The notes beneath the pieces were generated by a model that saw nothing but the letters and a program-made list of their open reading frames with translations, did no database searches and had not been told where the DNA came from. Position numbers and translations under genes: made by a program. A stretch of DNA of 56,310 nt, counting the filler, from Jimgerdemannia flammicorona (Eukaryota), in assembly GCA_003990765.1 (NCBI GenBank). It is 3 parts of 3 records of this genome, joined end to end, with 100 filler letters (N's around TTAATTAATTAA, not from the genome) between each part and the next. Parts side by side here need not be neighbours in the genome. Positions count along the whole stretch, not along the records: positions 37,617 to 56,310 come from RBNJ01002133.1; 2 more parts are not named here. One strand, written 5' to 3'. Below, piece after piece: positions 51,833 to 56,310 of the stretch; position 1 is the stretch's first letter, and each line of letters begins with the position of its first letter.

Positions 51833-52399
51833 TGGAGTATGTCCTCTATACTTATTGATTTCAAGATCAGGTTAATATCTCAACCAAAGTCTCTTTTTTA
51901 GACTAGTTCTGAATGTTCAGGATTTTCTGTATTTTAGAAAGTTCAAGAAACTAAGACCAGCTTAGTTGAATTGGCATATTGCTGCAGATAATACCCAATT
52001 AGGAAATTTCATGATAGGGTTAGGAGTGGGATCTTACAGGGAGCAGATTTACTTAAGAGTAGTTTGTGGGTTATTAAATAAGTTTATTTGCTATTCATGA
52101 TATTGCTATACTAGGAGTAGTTGTATAAAGGGATATTGTGAAGAAGTGCTCAGGAGTTGTGTTCAGATTATTCTGGTCTGAGATTCTGAGGTCTGGGGGA
52201 GGGGGTATTTATACTAGTGAGGGGCTATCTGGACTATGCTAAATATGGATGTAGTACTTAGTGTCTTGCTGAGTTGAAATGCAGTTACATAGTATAAGTG
52301 TGATCTGATATGTCAAGAGATTGTCTGACTGCTGAGTCAGTTCACAGTTATGTTGTACAAGATTAATCTAATCATACTATAACTGCTAAGCTATTTATA

Positions 52400-53500
52400 G
52401 ATTTAGATACTGTCTGGATAGTCTTCAATGACATCACTATCGATGATATCATCTCTGATAAAGTAGTTGTCTAGGAAGAGTGGTTTGTAAATTAACTCTT
52501 CTTGTTTGCTGAGATAGTAATATATTGGGACTTCATCACCATTCCACAGGATAGCATCATCTCTCTCATATGCTAGATATAGAGTTAATGGGTGAAGAAG
52601 TGATACATCATCTTCACTTTCATCAGATTTGCTATCTGCATACCTTCTATAGGTTACAGCACTATGAGTTGTGGTATTATAGTAAGCTGGTGGCTATGGT
52701 TCATATCACTCATACTCGGGTAGTGGAGTTGTTGGTTCAATCTCGAGAGTTGTTTGAAGATACAGATTGTGTTCTTCTGTCTCTTTATTGTAGTTGAAGT
52801 AATTGAAAATAAATATGGGTTGGTATTTGTACCAGTGGTCATTGTCCCAATAGGTCTTGTAGATAGTTATGAACTGCTGTAAGTTCATCAGCAAGGTTGG
52901 CGGTGTGATCAGAGTTGGCAGAGATTCTTGGCTTGAGGTCATATTGGCATCAGAGAGATCATTATCTTCTACTTCATTTTCATCAAATCAGATTATATTG
53001 TAGACATCCTTCATGGTATATCTGACTTAAGACATTTGCAGGATATGGTCATCAGGGTGTGGGAAGATTCTGTCTGTGGTCTGAACATACTTGAGGTACT
53101 TGTGGTTGAGTTCTTATATCATATTGTTGATTTGGCCATAAGACAGAGTAGCAACCATTTCACTAATAGTAACTTGGAGATGAGAAATAACAGTGCTATA
53201 CTTATAGAAGAGTTCTCGATATTTGTGGGCAATGAGTTTCTAGTGTTGAGATATCTGAGTAATATCCATATCATAGTGGTGTTTGACCATGTCTTCTAGG
53301 AGGCGACTGATCTAGTAGTAGCTTGAGATTTGTCCAATTTGGTGGGTCTTACTAAGCATATTCAGGGCATTCCATTGAGCTTCCACAAAGTAGAGGAGTG
53401 CTAGACTATGGATATTCATGAGGGGCAGAGGGAGTGTGGCTTGGTTGACAATAGCATTCCAAATATCAGTATGGATGTGGTTGTAGATCTCAGTAGTCAT
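52400..53500 (-). pseudogene. Decayed ORF of about 360 codons, unknown function; end approximate
   Basis: ORF fragments 53312-53500 and 52706-52942 share one frame, separated only by scattered stops. TATATA lies about 70 bp upstream. CpG-poor like the flanking elements. Confidence 0.5.
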
Positions 53501-54134
53501 GTTGTGTGTATTCAGAAGTTGTGATTGTTATTTGTTTTGGTTCTCTGTTTTGATGCATCTCAGTACTCGGTATATATGCATTTAGTCCTGATTGGTAAGA
53601 TTCTGTTTGTATAAATCTTGTGTTTTGTGACTTTATATTGACTCAGCTTTGTGCACTGTAACTTCGGTTTGACTCAGCTTCATGATCGTGCAGGTGATTT
53701 CCAGATTTGTTCAAAGATTGTATATGATTTCAGTGGCTTGCTCAGAGGGTGATATGTGATTTCAGTGGCTTGGAGATTGTGCACTTACAGACAGAGTCAG
53801 AGATGGAGGTTGGTGAGGATTCTGAGTCAAGATGGTAGTAATTGAGAGATCTCCATATTGGTGGTCATAGTCTAAAAGAGTACTCATTGATTGAGACAAT
53901 GGAGTGGATCAGGCCTGGCCCTCTGGAGAGATGGCTGGCAGATTGGCAGAAGACAGAATTGGGTGAAGGCTGGGAGTGGAGCCAAATCTGGAGTTGGAGA
54001 GCCTCCTTGCTCAAGGTGGTATCCCTTAAGTATTGGAGAGGAGGGGAGGAAGAAGGCCCAGTGGAAGCCAAGAGAGCAAACCCAGAGCCAGTGTCAAAGC
54101 GAATAGAAGACATGTAGAAAAGCATATATAAGGG

Positions 54135-54537
54135 TGTAACATTTTAGCATAGTTTATTCCTTTTCTTTGTCTTTCTCTAATATTCTACAACCTTCTGGTA
54201 TTTTCCGAATGCTTAGAAATCCTTTCTTGGCGCCGAGCATTAACTAGTACTTATTTAGTTAGTCACTGAATGTCCTGGAAACTTGTAGAACTTTATTTGT
54301 CATCATTTGTCATCTTTGCCGAGAACTTTCCTCTTGGCATTTTCCTTTGATTTCTCAGATCCTTCCAGATCCTTCTTTCAGATCTTGTATAAATAACCCC
54401 TTTGTTCTCATGAATAAAATCTCAGAATATTTTCTCCCAGAAATCCTTCGAGAACACTTGAATCCTTAGTATCTCTTCGAGCTACTTAGGACTACCAGAA
54501 TCAGTCGCTTCCTCATTTAAAAACTAGAACCATTACA
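54135..54537 (+). repeat. 5' LTR (403 bp) of the second Gypsy element
   Basis: TGTAA...TTACA termini, TATAAATA followed by AATAAA, and a PBS 2 nt downstream. Confidence 0.85.
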
Positions 54538-54539
54538 CT

Positions 54540-54551
54540 TGGTAGCAGCGG
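54540..54551 (+). promoter_or_regulatory. Primer-binding site, probably for initiator tRNA-Met
   Basis: TGGTAGCAGCGG is complementary to a tRNA 3' end CCGCUGCUACCA (U72/A73, iMet-like). The other Gypsy element has the same PBS with one CpG transition. Confidence 0.7.
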
Positions 54552-54605
54552 TGAAGTTACACCTAGCCTAATCAAGACACCTCTCAAGATATCAGTCACA
54601 ACACT

Positions 54606-56310
54606 ATGGAGGACAATGGGTGGAACCCTTCATACAGTACCTACAGTCCAGGCAATATCTCTTATCACCAGCAAGAAGAAGAAGAGGAACAGCCAATCTC
54701 CACCCAGTCAACCGGGTCCATCGAGAGTCTTTTGCAAACTGCATTAGCTCAGATTGCCCAACTTCAAGAACACGTAGAAAGAAAGGAAAGCAAGGCCTCT
54801 GCTCATACCTCCGCACCTCCACCAACATCAATACATCCAACAGCAGTCACTATCAAGCCTCAGAAGCCTGACACCTTTGATGGTCAAAGAGGAGGACTGT
54901 CTACCGATGCCTGGCTTTTCCAATTGGGGCAATATGGAGAACTGACCAATTTGGAAGAAACAACACTAGTCCAATTTGCCACCACACTCCTCCGAGGGAA
55001 TACTGCAATCTGGTGGCGAAATCATGTTCAGAATATCCGATTCTCTGGCCAAATCAAGACCTGGGGCGAATTCTCTGATGCTATTCAAGGCCAATTCAAA
55101 CCAGTCAACAGCACCAAGGCTGCGCAAGACCATCTGGCAAACATCAAACAACTCAAGTCTGTACAAGCATACAATGCACAATTCCTGTCAATCCTGCTAG
55201 AGTTACCACATGTCACTGAAGACGAGAAGGTCAACAAGTACATCCGAGGTTTGAAAGGCCAAACCTGAGTTTATGTTGAACTAGAAGAACCCAAGGACCT
55301 AGACACAGCAATGAAAATTGCTGATAGGTTTGATGTCATCACCTATGGTCACCACTTTGAACAGAAGAGACCGCCTTTCAACAACAACAACAACCACAGA
55401 AGGGAGGAACCCAAAGTCAGAACTGTTGGACCTGCCTCCATGAACCTAGACACCATCGACAAGAGCAAGAAAGGCAAACTTACACCTGAGGAAAAGGAGC
55501 GCCTCAAGAAGGCTGGAGCCTGCTTCTTTTACCATCAGCCTGGTCACATTGCAACCAAATGTCCCAAGAAAACTGCAGAACCAAAGAGGATCCTGGTCCT
55601 GTCCAAAGACACTCAAGGTCAACCAGTTGAACAAGAAGTTGTACTCAATTTCATACGAGTCAACCCCAAGGCCCAGATCCCTCAAGCACAGTCAGAAGGA
55701 GCCATTGGTTTGGACCTTCAAGTAGTACAACAAGTCACCATTCCGGCACATGAAAGAAGGCTCATTCCAACTGGCCTTTCAGTCGAAATTCCCAAGGAAC
55801 ATTATGCAAGAATTGCACCAAGATCTGGCCTCAGCTTCAAGCACTCATTGGATGTTGGTGCTGGAGTCATAGACCCTGACTTCCAAGGTGAAATGCAAGT
55901 TCTGCTAATCAACCACAAGAACCAGCCATATACCATCAATGAAGGAGATAGAATTGCACAGCTCATCCTGGAGCGAGCCACCCTACCAGTCATCAAAGAA
56001 GTCACCAAGCTGTCTTCAACCAAGTGAGATCAGAAAGGCTTTGGCAGCACTGACAAAGTTGCAAGCATAGCCAAGAACCGAGCCAATTCAATGCTCATTT
56101 TCAAAGGTCTAGTCAAGAGACAAGAACTAGATGTTCTCATAGACAGCAGAGCGGTTGGGAACTTCATCAACAAGAACCTCATCAACAAGCTCAAGATTCT
56201 CACCAAACCAGCTGGCAAGAATGGTGGAGTTGTCACTGTAGATGGCACCACCTTACCAATTGACTCAATTGCTGCTAAACTTCCCCTCAAGATCCAGAAG
56301 TACTGGGAAC
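54606..56310 (+). pseudogene. Gag-dUTPase-protease polyprotein with two in-frame TGA stops (55266-55268, 56025-56027)
   Basis: Gag KPDTFDG...AWLFQ...LRGNTAIWW...YIRGLK; knuckle CFFYHQPGHIATKC; dUTPase AIGLDL..IAPRSGLS..AGVIDPDFQGE..GDRIAQLI..*DQKGFGST; protease VLIDSRAVGNFI. Confidence 0.9.

Larger units (their letters stand above)
44690..52220 (-). mobile_element. Decayed Ty3/Gypsy LTR retrotransposon (gag-dUTPase-PR-RT-RH-IN), 3'-truncated, 5' LTR interrupted; outer LTR boundary approximate
   Basis: LTR end TTACA at 50520-50516 and PBS TGGTAGCAGTGG at 50512-50501. Motifs: knuckle YFYC*KTGYMASAC; protease IMIDSGAS (about 47810); [28 protein letters not shown]; RNase H VTTDTSN; integrase HDAPTTGHLG..CQCNK..ISIDFI..IVSDQDPKFTS. 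Confidence 0.92.
54135..56310 (+). mobile_element. Ty3/Gypsy LTR retrotransposon (second family), running off the window end
   Basis: LTR, PBS, then gag, dUTPase and protease in one reading frame. Confidence 0.92.

Noticed and set aside
55266..56027. Programmed stop-codon readthrough in the Gypsy polyprotein
   Set aside because: The second TGA replaces the dUTPase motif V Arg and the first falls inside Gag. Both match the pervasive CGA-to-TGA decay.

Overview
Eukaryotic, almost certainly fungal, DNA. Short GT-AG introns, an intron-rich UBA1, a secreted LysM protein and BTB-SPRY paralogues suggest an early-diverging fungus such as Mucoromycota (inference). The window is not one locus: it is three contigs of about 18.7 kb (1-18716, 18817-37516, 37617-56310) joined by artificial N44-TTAATTAATTAA-N44 linkers. 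Contig 1 holds a small Zn(II)2Cys6-like gene with two decayed paralogues, a solo LTR, a hAT-type MITE and an intact secreted two-LysM gene. Contig 2 holds a tandem BTB-SPRY gene/pseudogene pair and the main finding: a complete but decayed 10.3-kb TIR DNA transposon (TAT...ATA ends, 6-bp TSD GCTTTG, IS3/IS481-like DDE transposase, the IS3EU signature). It carries intron-containing HECT E3 ubiquitin ligase and PHD-like finger genes that the ORF track largely misses. Contig 3 holds the last 12 exons of UBA1, then nested retroelements: a LINE, a 1.2-kb non-autonomous LINE-tailed insertion with a 15-bp TSD, and two distinct Ty3/Gypsy families with a dUTPase between the Gag zinc knuckle and the protease. 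The large transposon copies show strong CpG-focused decay while host genes do not. All calls are from reading by eye; no searches were run.
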